Source: Candidatus Kaiserbacteria bacterium (lineage in GTDB: Bacteria > Patescibacteriota > Minisyncoccia > Phycocordibacterales > UBA2100). From it: DNA of 64,000 nt. Of the stretch, positions 1 through 8,533 are shown one piece after another. The stretch is from NCBI GenBank assembly GCA_016217965.1, contig JACRFI010000020.1:11550-75549 (forward strand). The letters run 5' to 3'. Position 1 is the first letter of the stretch, and each line of letters opens with the position of its first letter. The translations under genes and the position numbers were made by a program. The notes below the pieces were generated by a model. It had not been told where the DNA came from. It was given only the letters and a program-made list of their open reading frames with translations, and searched no databases.

Positions 1-59
1 GAGCGGGCGCGAGGCGCGAGAGCGCGGGCAAAGGCAGCCGCGAGCGCATAAGCTCTGGT

Positions 60-593
60 ATGCATATCACCTTTATTCAAACTGGGGGGACAATCGACAA
101 GGATTACCCACGAGGAGAAACGAATCATGGGTACGAATTTGCGATAACAGACGCTGCGGTAAAGTCTATTCTTCCGTACTGCCATACGATGTTCACTTAT
201 GACATTGTCGAAGTGGCAAAAAAAGACAGCCTTGACCTAACCGACGATGACCGTGCAAATATTCTGAATGCAGTGCAAGCCACACGATCGAACCACATTG
301 TCATTACTCATGGCACCGACACGATGCTGAAAACTGCTGAAATGTTGGACTGCGTCGAAGGTAAGACGATCGTTCTCACCGGTGCAATGCTTCCCGAAAA
401 GTTCGTACATTCTGACGCACGATTCAACGTCGGAATGGCAGTTGCTTCCGCGCAAAGCCTTCCGTCTGGAGTTTATGTTGCGCTCTACGGCTGTGTTGTG
501 CCATGGCGGCAATTTCGCGATTTGAACGAGAGATATGAAGAGAAGGTCACCAATATGGCTCCACAAGGGAGAGATATAGACATGGAGATGTAA
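60..593 (+). CDS. L-asparaginase N-terminal-domain protein (stand-alone, 177 aa; C-terminal domain absent)
   Basis: TGGTI motif near N-terminus and HGTDTM motif (ITHGTDTM) plus GAMLPE, all typical of type I asparaginase/GatD N-domain; ORF ends with stop at 593. Confidence 0.6.
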   Translation: MHITFIQTGGTIDKDYPRGETNHGYEFAITDAAVKSILPYCHTMFTYDIVEVAKKDSLDLTDDDRANILNAVQATRSNHIVITHGTDTMLKTAEMLDCVEGKTIVLTGAMLPEKFVHSDARFNVGMAVASAQSLPSGVYVALYGCVVPWRQFRDLNERYEEKVTNMAPQGRDIDMEM

Positions 594-618
594 CCTCGTT
601 TTAAGTCAGGATCATTCT

Positions 619-2082
619 ATGTCCGAACCTGGCAATGGCGATCAAATCCCGAAGCCAGAATCGCAGCGCTCTGTGCCTCACGAGTACTATGACCAATTCG
701 AGGATGAAAATTCTGGATTACAGATACTTGAAGATCTCGTTTGGAGAGGAAACTTTCTAAAACTGCACCAGCGTGGACCGGGGCTCGATGATCTGCTCCA
801 GAAGCATCTCAAGGACAAGAAGATCAATGTCGGGTTGATGGGTTCCGCAACGCCGAGAAACGCGGCAACTCTTGGAGAATTGTTAAAGAGGAATGGCCTC
901 GATCGTGAAGGCAATCAAATTTTAATTCTCGATCATAATCCGGAAGCGATTCGCCGCCATTATCAACGATTGCCGCCTCCCGGACAATTCCTAAGCCGAA
1001 TGAATTTGTCTCTCGGCGATATAAGGCATTCGGAATTTAGCGACAATTCTGCGGATCTTCTCATCTATGATTACACGATGGATTTTAATGCGCGTACTGA
1101 TGGCAATGCAGATGAGGCCTATAGAGATTTGGAGTCATCCATAAGCGGGCTCTCGAGGGTGTTGAAGGATGATGGCGTTGCCATTGTAGGAGCCATCGTC
1201 GAGAGTGATGAGGGTTCTCCTCGAGACGGAGACGGTTTGCATGGGCGCCGCTTTGCATGGAAGAGATACGAGGAACTATTCAGAAAGAATGGCCTTGAAT
1301 TTGAAATATTGTTTGCAGGGCCAATGCCGGAAGACCAGCGTGCAGTTAAAGATATTCCTGAACAGAATACCGTGCTTTTTTTACACAAAACTGAAGCGAG
1401 AAAAGCATGGCGGCGAATTTATAAAGAATATTTTGCGCCATGGGGCCTATTGGGAGGCATAGATACGTATAAAAGGATTAGATCTGGCAAACGTATTCTC
1501 GATGTGAATACCCAGCATAACGATCTTGCGATAGCTCTTGCTGATTCCGCAAAGCAAGATCCATCAAAGTTCGGGGCTTTTGTTATGGGCACGAATCGCA
1601 ACATGGTGGCTGGCCCAAATGATCCGAATTTCAAGCAGTTAGATGTCCGGCACTTGGATTTCCCGGAGGGTTTTGAAGGCTTCGATACCATTGTATCCGA
1701 CGGTGGATTTCCAGCCGATGTTCTTAAGTGGTTAGACAAAGACAAAAAAGATGCCGCTGACATGCGGGGTGCGTATGACTTCAATAAACCTATTGATGCA
1801 CCCATATCCTCCGAGGAAGCAGTCGCACAGCTTGAACAAGGATTTTCTGAGTTGTTGCGGTGGGTGAAGCCAGACGGGCGCATACGGCTCGATCCTCCAG
1901 CGACATGGGATCCGCAAACAAAATCATATAAAGATTTGGATATTGTTGAAACTGCGCTTAGCAACCTTAAAACTCGATACCACAATCAGTATCCGCATTT
2001 TCGCTGGAGAATTACCGATATGGGATTACTCATTGGAATAGATCAGCCGAAGGACAAAAAGCCCGAAGAAGAAGCTGAGTAA
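619..2082 (+). CDS. hypothetical protein with two tandem Rossmann/class-I-methyltransferase-like halves
   Basis: Internal duplication: ILILDHN...LLIYDYTMDF...LKDDGVAIV and ILDVNTQHN...FDTIVSDGGF...LLRWVKPDGRIRL; no glycine-rich SAM loop recognised. Confidence 0.5.
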   Translation: MSEPGNGDQIPKPESQRSVPHEYYDQFEDENSGLQILEDLVWRGNFLKLHQRGPGLDDLLQKHLKDKKINVGLMGSATPRNAATLGELLKRNGLDREGNQILILDHNPEAIRRHYQRLPPPGQFLSRMNLSLGDIRHSEFSDNSADLLIYDYTMDFNARTDGNADEAYRDLESSISGLSRVLKDDGVAIVGAIVESDEGSPRDGDGLHGRRFAWKRYEELFRKNGLEFEILFAGPMPEDQRAVKDIPEQNTVLFLHKTEARKAWRRIYKEYFAPWGLLGGIDTYKRIRSGKRILDVNTQHNDLAIALADSAKQDPSKFGAFVMGTNRNMVAGPNDPNFKQLDVRHLDFPEGFEGFDTIVSDGGFPADVLKWLDKDKKDAADMRGAYDFNKPIDAPISSEEAVAQLEQGFSELLRWVKPDGRIRLDPPATWDPQTKSYKDLDIVETALSNLKTRYHNQYPHFRWRITDMGLLIGIDQPKDKKPEEEAE

Positions 2083-2109
2083 GGCAAGATCGCATAGTAT
2101 AGTTCTTTC

Positions 2110-2667
2110 GTGGAGACGTATGATCCGAATAAAATAGGTTCGCGCATAGCGTGGGGACGCTCTCACTCGGTGTATCGGTACGGAGAAAACGAGGTCATCA
2201 AATTTCCGCGCTGGCAATCGGTATTTGGAACATTGCTGTTTGACAGGGTGGTACACGACGAATTGATTTGCAGGAACTATTTCGGCGATTACTGTCTTGA
2301 TACGCGTGTCGTGCAAGCGCCCGATGGAACACATCGTGCAGAAATCCAGCCTTTCGTCGCTGGGGGACACTATCTTTCAAAAAGTGATCTTGCGGACCCA
2401 GTTATTAAGCAACATTTTGATGCATTCACGGATAGATACAAAGAATTCATCGATACAGGACATTCTCCGTTAGACCTCATCGGCCAGGGTGGCGTTCTGT
2501 GGCGATGTTTAAGCAATGTGTTCGTGCTTGAAAATAAAGACCTGAAGATTTTTGATATTACGATTATGGACACGAAAGGTCTTGGGGGCTGGGGAATACT
2601 CTTTGGCCCAGTGTTTCTGTATGCGCGAATTCGGCAGCGAAACACGCTCCGTTGGCTCAAGTCATGA
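2110..2667 (+). CDS. hypothetical small protein-kinase-like fold protein
   Basis: G-loop-like IGSRIAWGRSHSVYRY...VIKF and catalytic-loop-like SNVFVLENKDLKIFDITIMD; 185 aa. Confidence 0.4.
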   Translation: METYDPNKIGSRIAWGRSHSVYRYGENEVIKFPRWQSVFGTLLFDRVVHDELICRNYFGDYCLDTRVVQAPDGTHRAEIQPFVAGGHYLSKSDLADPVIKQHFDAFTDRYKEFIDTGHSPLDLIGQGGVLWRCLSNVFVLENKDLKIFDITIMDTKGLGGWGILFGPVFLYARIRQRNTLRWLKS

Positions 2668-2722
2668 CGTACACCACAGACATAACGAAAACGGCTGCCG
2701 TATGGGCAGCGTTTTCATTTTG

Positions 2723-2805
2723 TGCGCCGGGCTGGATTCGAACCAGCGAAGACCGAAGCCAACGCGTCTACAGCGCGTCCCCTTTGACCGCTTGGGTACC
2801 GACGC
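2723..2805 (-). tRNA. tRNA-Tyr (anticodon GTA), type II with long variable arm
   Basis: Reverse complement folds as acceptor GCGTCGG/CCGGCGC, anticodon loop CUGUAGA, T-arm GGTTCGAATCC; 83 nt. Confidence 0.85.
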
Positions 2806-2850
2806 AACGAGCATAGTATGCCTCACTTTTTCGCGTGCTACAATCCTCAG

Positions 2851-3234
2851 ATGATGCGTCGGGCAGTGAGGGTGGTGGGGATATTTTTCGGACTTTCTTT
2901 GCCGTACATTAGCTACGCCCAAACAATTCTCCCAAAAAAGATAGTTCCTTGCGACGGGTTGAATTGCACTGTCTGCAGCCTTGCGGAATTGGCCCAGAAT
3001 ATCCTCAATGCCGGGATAGTTATCAGCGTTTTCCTCTCGGCAATGCTTTTCGCCTACGCCGGGTGGCTGTATCTTACGAACGAGGCGATAGGGCAGCAGC
3101 AAAAGGCGAAGGACACCTTCAAGAACGTTGTACTCGGGCTTGTCATCATTCTTGCAGCCTGGGTCATAGTGGATACGCTTATGAAAATGACCCTCGGAGG
3201 GAATTATCTCCCTTGGAATAACGTCTGCGGGTGA
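2851..3234 (+). CDS. small secreted two-TM membrane protein, possible TrbC/VirB2-like pilin
   Basis: Signal peptide MMRRAVRVVGIFFGLSLPYISYA, Cys motif CDGLNCTVC, two hydrophobic helices; start chosen at internal ATG 2851. Confidence 0.45.
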   Translation: MMRRAVRVVGIFFGLSLPYISYAQTILPKKIVPCDGLNCTVCSLAELAQNILNAGIVISVFLSAMLFAYAGWLYLTNEAIGQQQKAKDTFKNVVLGLVIILAAWVIVDTLMKMTLGGNYLPWNNVCG

Positions 3235-3283
3235 CCAGCGAATATATTGCCATTCCTTACCATTTCCGCTATAGTGCTGCGTC

Positions 3284-3442
3284 ATGTCCCAAGATCAACT
3301 CATAAAAATCGCCTGCGAGAAGTGCAAGCGCACCAACTATTGGTCACGCAAGAATCGTAAGCTCGTCGAGCGCAAGATCGAGCTGAAGAAGTATTGCAAA
3401 TGGTGCAAGGCGCATACGAAACATAAAGAAGTGAAGAAATAA
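3284..3442 (+). CDS. rpmG: 50S ribosomal protein L33
   Basis: 52-aa MSQDQLIKIACEKCKRTNYWSRKNRKLVERKIELKKYCKWCKAHTKHKEVKK; two CxxC pairs, typical L33; missed by ORF track (<60 aa). Confidence 0.85.
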   Translation: MSQDQLIKIACEKCKRTNYWSRKNRKLVERKIELKKYCKWCKAHTKHKEVKK

Positions 3443-3448
3443 GCCTTG

Positions 3449-3464
3449 CCCATTTGCAAATGGG
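3449..3464 (+). terminator. perfect 16-bp palindrome CCCATTTGCAAATGGG directly after rpmG stop
   Basis: seen in sequence; no T-tract, so terminator function uncertain. Confidence 0.3.
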
Positions 3465-3548
3465 AGGGGTCGGGAAACGGGAGTTTCCCGTGGAGGAAGG
3501 CAGCGCGTTTCTTCTGGTACGCGCGTTGGAAAACCGTGGGTTTCCAAA

Positions 3549-3598
3549 TATGCTTGTGGTGCAAGGCGCATACGAAGCACAAGGAAACTAAGAAGTAA
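3549..3598 (+). repeat. duplicated, diverged 3' tail of rpmG (encodes ...CLWCKAHTKHKETKK*)
   Basis: 20-nt exact match tggtgcaaggcgcatacgaa to rpmG 3' end, in-frame stop conserved; lies 108 bp downstream of the intact rpmG stop. Confidence 0.7.
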
Positions 3599-3645
3599 TC
3601 GCGGCTTGTCGCATACAGCGACACGCTCTATACTCAGCCGCGAAG

Positions 3646-3716
3646 GGGTCCATCGTATAGTGGTAGTACAACGGTCTCCAAAACCGTTAGTCTAGGTTCG
3701 ATTCCTAGTGGGCCCG
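3646..3716 (+). tRNA. tRNA-Trp (anticodon CCA)
   Basis: Acceptor GGGTCCA/TGGGCCC with G-U pair, anticodon stem ACGGT/ACCGT, loop CUCCAAA, T-arm CTAGGTTCGATTCCTAG, discriminator G. Confidence 0.85.
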
Positions 3717-3787
3717 CCTTCGGTTCGCAGTAGCGAACCTTCGGCGTGGCTAAGCCCGTTGAAGGTTTGCGAAGGCGACAAATCGAT

Positions 3788-4021
3788 ATGTATTATGTCT
3801 ACAGCTTAAAGTGTAGAGATGGGTACTACATTGGTTGCACAAACGACCTAAAAGATAGGGTAGCGCGACATGTGGCTGGTCAAGTTCTTGCAACTGCCGA
3901 CCGGCTTCCCGTCAATCTCGCCTTCTATTTTGCTCTCGAGAATAAGTACAAAGCATTCGCATTTGAGAAGTATCTGAAATCAGGCTCGGGAAGGACTTTT
4001 CTCAAGAGGCACTTTTCTTAA
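3788..4021 (+). CDS. GIY-YIG nuclease family protein (small, about 77 aa)
   Basis: MYYVYSLKCRDGYYIGCTNDLKDRVARH is a GIY-YIG motif; start set at MYYVY by analogy with the other two copies (ORF track starts 3746). Confidence 0.75.
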   Translation: MYYVYSLKCRDGYYIGCTNDLKDRVARHVAGQVLATADRLPVNLAFYFALENKYKAFAFEKYLKSGSGRTFLKRHFS

Positions 4022-4384
4022 GCCTCCGTGGGTTTCCAAGCTCCGTATGTGGGCCCGTAAGATTTGGGTTTGCATCCCTGTTGATTATCGTATGCATTAT
4101 CATGACAATTTACGTGTGTATCGGGCATTGGTGGACAAATGAGTAAACCTAATAAACAAACCCAATCCATATTGACAGGACCGGTTTATCACTGTTTGGT
4201 CTTATTAACAGTCCCTTTTTTGCCCCACATGCCCTTCATGAGCGCATAATGTAGATACTCTGCGTGCGTGTCTCCCAAGGGAAACCAGCGGAGTAGAAGC
4301 CGCTTCCGTAAATGTACCGCATAGGATCTCCCATGTAGGACTGAACGAAAGCGTGGCCACGGTTACGCTTCGCCTCGCTCTTCT

Positions 4385-4415
4385 TGTGAAAAAAGCAAAA
4401 GACACCGGCAGGTGT
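4385..4415 (-). terminator. rho-independent terminator on minus strand
   Basis: Hairpin GACACCTGCCGGTGTC followed on minus strand by TTTTGCTTTTTT. Confidence 0.55.
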
Positions 4416-4711
4416 CTCTTGCTGACCACACTTCCGCCCACAAGCGAACGTGTTGAGGAAATTATATTACCTCAACAGACATCGCGGGCTAAAGAGTGTG
4501 CATAAGTCCGGTGAAGGCCGTTATTAGAACAGGCACATTGACGTTATGGCACGAAATGAAAGAACGTCGAGTCGCATCGGTACGCTTGCTTCACAGGTGT
4601 TAAGTGGAGACAAGAGACCAACAGCAAAGGAAATAAAAAGCCTTGCTGCCGCGGCTCTGACACAACGACCAGACAAAGGTAAGAAGCGGTAACAATTCCG
4701 CATGCTGCCGG

Positions 4712-6157
4712 ATGCGACGTAAAAAAGTAGGAGCCCTGGATATTCTAGGGCTTCTACCAAAAATCTTAACGGAGAACTTATACGAAAACGGTATGCACCG
4801 AAAAAAACCCGGGGTTTTGTCGATCAAAGCCACATTGCAAATTAAAGGCAGGGACAAGCAAATTGATGTTTCAATGTACTGCAACAAAGAGGCAGTAGCC
4901 ACAATTCCGCGCGAACAATTGGAAGCAAAGCTAACTGCAGATTTGCAGAGCATCTCACTCCAGAAGCCTTTTGAAATAAAAACGACACACGCATTTTATA
5001 GCTTAGCGGATGCACGGGATATTTCCCGAGCGCGGCAAAACGCATTTGCGAATACTATTTTGCAGGCGCATCTACCTTATTGCTTGCATCTACCCTCGGG
5101 TCAAGAAATGATAGTTACGTACGGGTCTAACAAAAAAGCAAAAATCACTTTTGAGAAAATCTGGACACAAAATGCTATTGGATCAAGTGAGGTAGATTTT
5201 TTTGAAAAAGAGCATGGACTCTACTTACAAAAAGGCGTCCTTACAGGACCAAGGAATCCAATTAATCCGCAAGAGGGTTGGGAACAAAAAGTGACGGGGA
5301 CAAACGTTGAGCGAACAAGAGACACGAACGGTATATTTCGATTTTCACGGATAGCGATCCAGTTTGATACTACGGTTTCCGACGCTCAGCTAGATACACC
5401 ACGAGACAGACAACCGCCTGATGATCGAACAGTTGTAGACAGTGTAGTGGACGAGGCGCTAGCAATTGTTAACACTATGCTCGGTGTATACAGGCACGTG
5501 ACCAAAGAAGATTGGGTGGAGCCGATAGGATTCCTAGCTGTTAATGATATTTATTTCGTCGATCTAAATAGAGGTGTCTATTTAATGTCGATCGGTCATG
5601 GTATCGGTGGTGCAATGATAAATCGACCGGAGAAAGAGATTAATAAAATTGAAGACATGCTTTTGAGCGCAGAATCACCGCCTTTGTACGAAATTCTACT
5701 TATGAGCGCCGAGACAGCATTGCATAAGCGGTCTCTGACATTAGCAGTTGTCGAATCATTTCAAGCTCTAGAAATATTTATCACAAGATATCTCTTTGAG
5801 GCCTACCTATTTGCGGGTCTACCAGAAGCACAGGCGAATAAAGTCTTAAACGTGAAATGGAAAATTGTAGACCGCCTAAAAGAGGTTTTACAAGATGTTC
5901 GCGGCGTGAAGCTCACGAGCGAACCGGTTCTATGGAGAAACTGGAGCAGATCATATTTCGACGTAAGAAATCCTCTTATACATAGCGGCAGAAAACCAGA
6001 ACTTACTGAGGCACAGTCAGCGATTGAGGCAAATTCTGCAGTCATCACATGGGTAAAATCCTTGCAGGTAAAGGCCAAATCAGTTCCTCTGGCTGAGGAA
6101 ATCTTAAACGGCAAAAAACGCCCATTTTTAAGAAAACTAATAAACTTATTTCACTAA
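4712..6157 (+). CDS. hypothetical protein with C-terminal HEPN-like (Rx4H) all-alpha domain
   Basis: C-terminal FDVRNPLIHSG matches the R-x4-6-H HEPN motif; no other recognisable domain; lies between two GIY-YIG genes. Confidence 0.5.
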   Translation: MRRKKVGALDILGLLPKILTENLYENGMHRKKPGVLSIKATLQIKGRDKQIDVSMYCNKEAVATIPREQLEAKLTADLQSISLQKPFEIKTTHAFYSLADARDISRARQNAFANTILQAHLPYCLHLPSGQEMIVTYGSNKKAKITFEKIWTQNAIGSSEVDFFEKEHGLYLQKGVLTGPRNPINPQEGWEQKVTGTNVERTRDTNGIFRFSRIAIQFDTTVSDAQLDTPRDRQPPDDRTVVDSVVDEALAIVNTMLGVYRHVTKEDWVEPIGFLAVNDIYFVDLNRGVYLMSIGHGIGGAMINRPEKEINKIEDMLLSAESPPLYEILLMSAETALHKRSLTLAVVESFQALEIFITRYLFEAYLFAGLPEAQANKVLNVKWKIVDRLKEVLQDVRGVKLTSEPVLWRNWSRSYFDVRNPLIHSGRKPELTEAQSAIEANSAVITWVKSLQVKAKSVPLAEEILNGKKRPFLRKLINLFH

Positions 6158-6232
6158 CGCGATTTCAACATCCCTCGTACGCTGAAGCTTCGGAAGGGAA
6201 GGCACAGAGTCCGCATGAGATAATCAATCTCG

Positions 6233-6484
6233 ATGTACTACGTATACATTCTCCTCTGCAAAAATAAGAGTCTATACACGGGCGTCGCGATCGATGTTCA
6301 AAAACGATTCGAAGAGCATAAGGCAAAAAAGGGCGCGAAATACACGAGGTCATTCGTTCCTGTCAGGATTCTATACAAGGAGTCTTTTTCAAACCGATCT
6401 GACGCTCAGAAGCGAGAAATGCAGATAAAAGGGTGGGGGAGAAAAGAGAAACTGAATCTAATTAAATCAGTAACTTCGCTTTGA
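6233..6484 (+). CDS. GIY-YIG nuclease family protein (UPF0213/YhbQ-like)
   Basis: MYYVYILLCKNKSLYTGVAIDVQKRFEEH. Confidence 0.75.
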   Translation: MYYVYILLCKNKSLYTGVAIDVQKRFEEHKAKKGAKYTRSFVPVRILYKESFSNRSDAQKREMQIKGWGRKEKLNLIKSVTSL

Positions 6485-6522
6485 TATGTATCAAAGGCGC
6501 ATTTCCTGATAAGCTTCCGACC

Positions 6523-7194
6523 ATGGACCGAAGCTTTAAACATCTTGGCACGATAAGCGTCTTCTTTGTCTCGGTCCTCCTCATTTCGAACATTGCATCT
6601 ACCAAGATAGTTGATTTTGGTTGGTTCACGTTTGATGGCGGGACGCTTCTGTTTCCCCTTAGTTACATTTTCGCTGACATCTTGACGGAAGTGTACGGAT
6701 TCCGGCGCTCACGAAAAGTCATCTGGCTGGGTTTTTTCTCGGCACTTGTAATGTCGCTTGTGCTTATCATTGTCGGGAAATTGCCGCCGGCAGCGGATTG
6801 GGGGAATCAAGAGGCATACAACGCTATACTCGGCCTTACGCCACGCATTGTGATAGGCAGCCTGCTCGCATATTTCTGTGGTGAATTCGTGAACTCGTTC
6901 GTTCTCGCAAAAATGAAAGTCTGGACTGCCGGCAAAAGGCTCTGGATGCGAACTATCGGTTCTACTGTGGTTGGCGAAGGGGTCGATACAGCGATCTTTG
7001 TTCTTGTAGCATTTTGGGGCGTACTTCCGGCCCCTCTTCTCATTACGGTTATCGTTTCCAACTACATATTCAAAACAGGCGTGGAAGTCTTGTTTACGCC
7101 AATAACATACGCAATCGTCAAGTACTTGAAAAAAACGGAAAATGAGGACTATTACGACAGAGGTACAAATTTCAATCCGTTTAGCGTACGATAA
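6523..7194 (+). CDS. queuosine-precursor transporter family (YhhQ/DUF165) membrane protein
   Basis: Multi-TM; FTFDGGTLLFPLSYIFADILTEVYGF is the family hallmark; start at ATG 6523. Confidence 0.7.
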   Translation: MDRSFKHLGTISVFFVSVLLISNIASTKIVDFGWFTFDGGTLLFPLSYIFADILTEVYGFRRSRKVIWLGFFSALVMSLVLIIVGKLPPAADWGNQEAYNAILGLTPRIVIGSLLAYFCGEFVNSFVLAKMKVWTAGKRLWMRTIGSTVVGEGVDTAIFVLVAFWGVLPAPLLITVIVSNYIFKTGVEVLFTPITYAIVKYLKKTENEDYYDRGTNFNPFSVR

Positions 7195-7197
7195 GGC

Positions 7198-8526
7198 ATG
7201 GCATCAGGCGGGAAGCTGTACGGTAAGCAGACAGAGCTCGCAATAAAACATTTTCCCGGCACCGAACTTTGGCCGCGTGAAATGGTAGAGGCCCATGCGC
7301 TCGTAAAAAAGGCGGCGGCGCGAACAAACGCAGCGCTTGGCGTTCTGGAAAAGAAAATCGCGAAAGCGATAGAAAAGGCGGCAGACGAACTTATTGCTGG
7401 GAAGCACGCAGACCAGTTTCCGCTTTCTATCTGGCAAAGCGGGAGTGGCACGCAGTTCAATATGAATGTGAACGAAGTTCTTGCTACTCGTGCGAACCAG
7501 CATCTGAAGCGCACCGACATTCATCCCAATGACCACGTAAATTGCAGCCAATCAACGAACGACACCATTCCGACGTCGATTCATATTGCCGCAGTTCTCC
7601 TTATGTCACACAGCCTTATTCCTCGACTCGAAGCACTTCAGGCGTCCCTAGAGAAAAAGTCAAAACAATTCAACAGCGTCGTAAAAATAGGCCGCACGCA
7701 TCTGCAGGACGCAGTGCCGCTTACCCTTGGACAAGAGTTTTCGGGATATGCGCGGCAAGTTCAATATGCGCGAGAGCAACTTGAAGAAACCAGTAAAGGC
7801 CTCTACGAGCTTGCAATCGGAGGCACTGCTCTTGGCACTGGCGTGAATGCGCCGAGGGGTTTTAAAGTACTGGTTGTAAAAAACATCAATACTCTGACCG
7901 GCCACACATTCACACCTGCAAAGAATTTGTTTGCGAACATGGCGGCGCATGATGCTGTCGTGTCGACATCGGGCGCTCTGAAGACCATCGCACTTGCACT
8001 GATGAAAATTGCAAACGACATTCGTTTCCTTGGCAGCGGCCCACGCGCCGGCCTTGCGGAACTAATTTTGCCCGCGAACGAGCCGGGGAGTTCCATCATG
8101 CCTGGAAAAGTGAATCCGACGCAGAGCGAGATGGTGATGATGGTCGCCTGCCAATGTTTAGGAAACGATGCTGCCATCACGGCAGGGGCTGCGACGATGT
8201 CGAATTTCGACATGCAGGCTTCAAAACCTCTGTTCGCGAACTCACTTCTGCAGTCCATCCGGCTTCTCTCGGAAGCGGCTGAGTCGTTCGAAAAGCATTG
8301 CGTCCGTGGCATAAAGGCGGATACGGAGCGGCTTCGGAACTATGCCGAACGCTCTCTTATGCTTGTAACGCCGCTAGCAAAGAAAATCGGGTACGATAAG
8401 GCTGCGGAAATAGCAAAAAAAGCACACAAGGAGAACTCGACGCTAGAAGAGGCCGCCATCGCGCTCGGATACGTGACGAGGGAGGAATTCAGGAAGTGGG
8501 TGGATATTAAGAAAATGATAGGCTGA
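7198..8526 (+). CDS. class II fumarate hydratase / aspartate ammonia-lyase family lyase
   Basis: GSSIMPGKVNPTQSE signature; SGTQFNMNVNEVLA; KIGRTHLQDAVPLTLGQEF; cannot distinguish FumC from AspA by eye. Confidence 0.8.
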   Translation: MASGGKLYGKQTELAIKHFPGTELWPREMVEAHALVKKAAARTNAALGVLEKKIAKAIEKAADELIAGKHADQFPLSIWQSGSGTQFNMNVNEVLATRANQHLKRTDIHPNDHVNCSQSTNDTIPTSIHIAAVLLMSHSLIPRLEALQASLEKKSKQFNSVVKIGRTHLQDAVPLTLGQEFSGYARQVQYAREQLEETSKGLYELAIGGTALGTGVNAPRGFKVLVVKNINTLTGHTFTPAKNLFANMAAHDAVVSTSGALKTIALALMKIANDIRFLGSGPRAGLAELILPANEPGSSIMPGKVNPTQSEMVMMVACQCLGNDAAITAGAATMSNFDMQASKPLFANSLLQSIRLLSEAAESFEKHCVRGIKADTERLRNYAERSLMLVTPLAKKIGYDKAAEIAKKAHKENSTLEEAAIALGYVTREEFRKWVDIKKMIG

Positions 8527-8533
8527 ATATGCC

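Noticed and set aside
2552-3285. ORFs 2552..2854(+) and 2662..3285(-) from the six-frame track
   Set aside because: They run across tRNA-Tyr (2723..2805) and antisense to the pilin-like gene; no motifs; artefacts of an open frame over an RNA gene.
4205-4441. 78-aa minus-strand ORF in the 690-bp gap
   Set aside because: No recognisable motif. An alternative minus frame is open but has no start codon before a 32-codon tail and contains the terminator hairpin, so it is more likely non-coding or a decayed remnant.
4524-4953. Minus-strand ORFs 4524..4760 and 4600..4953
   Set aside because: Overlap the 5' end of the 4712..6157 gene on the opposite strand; low-complexity translations; spurious.
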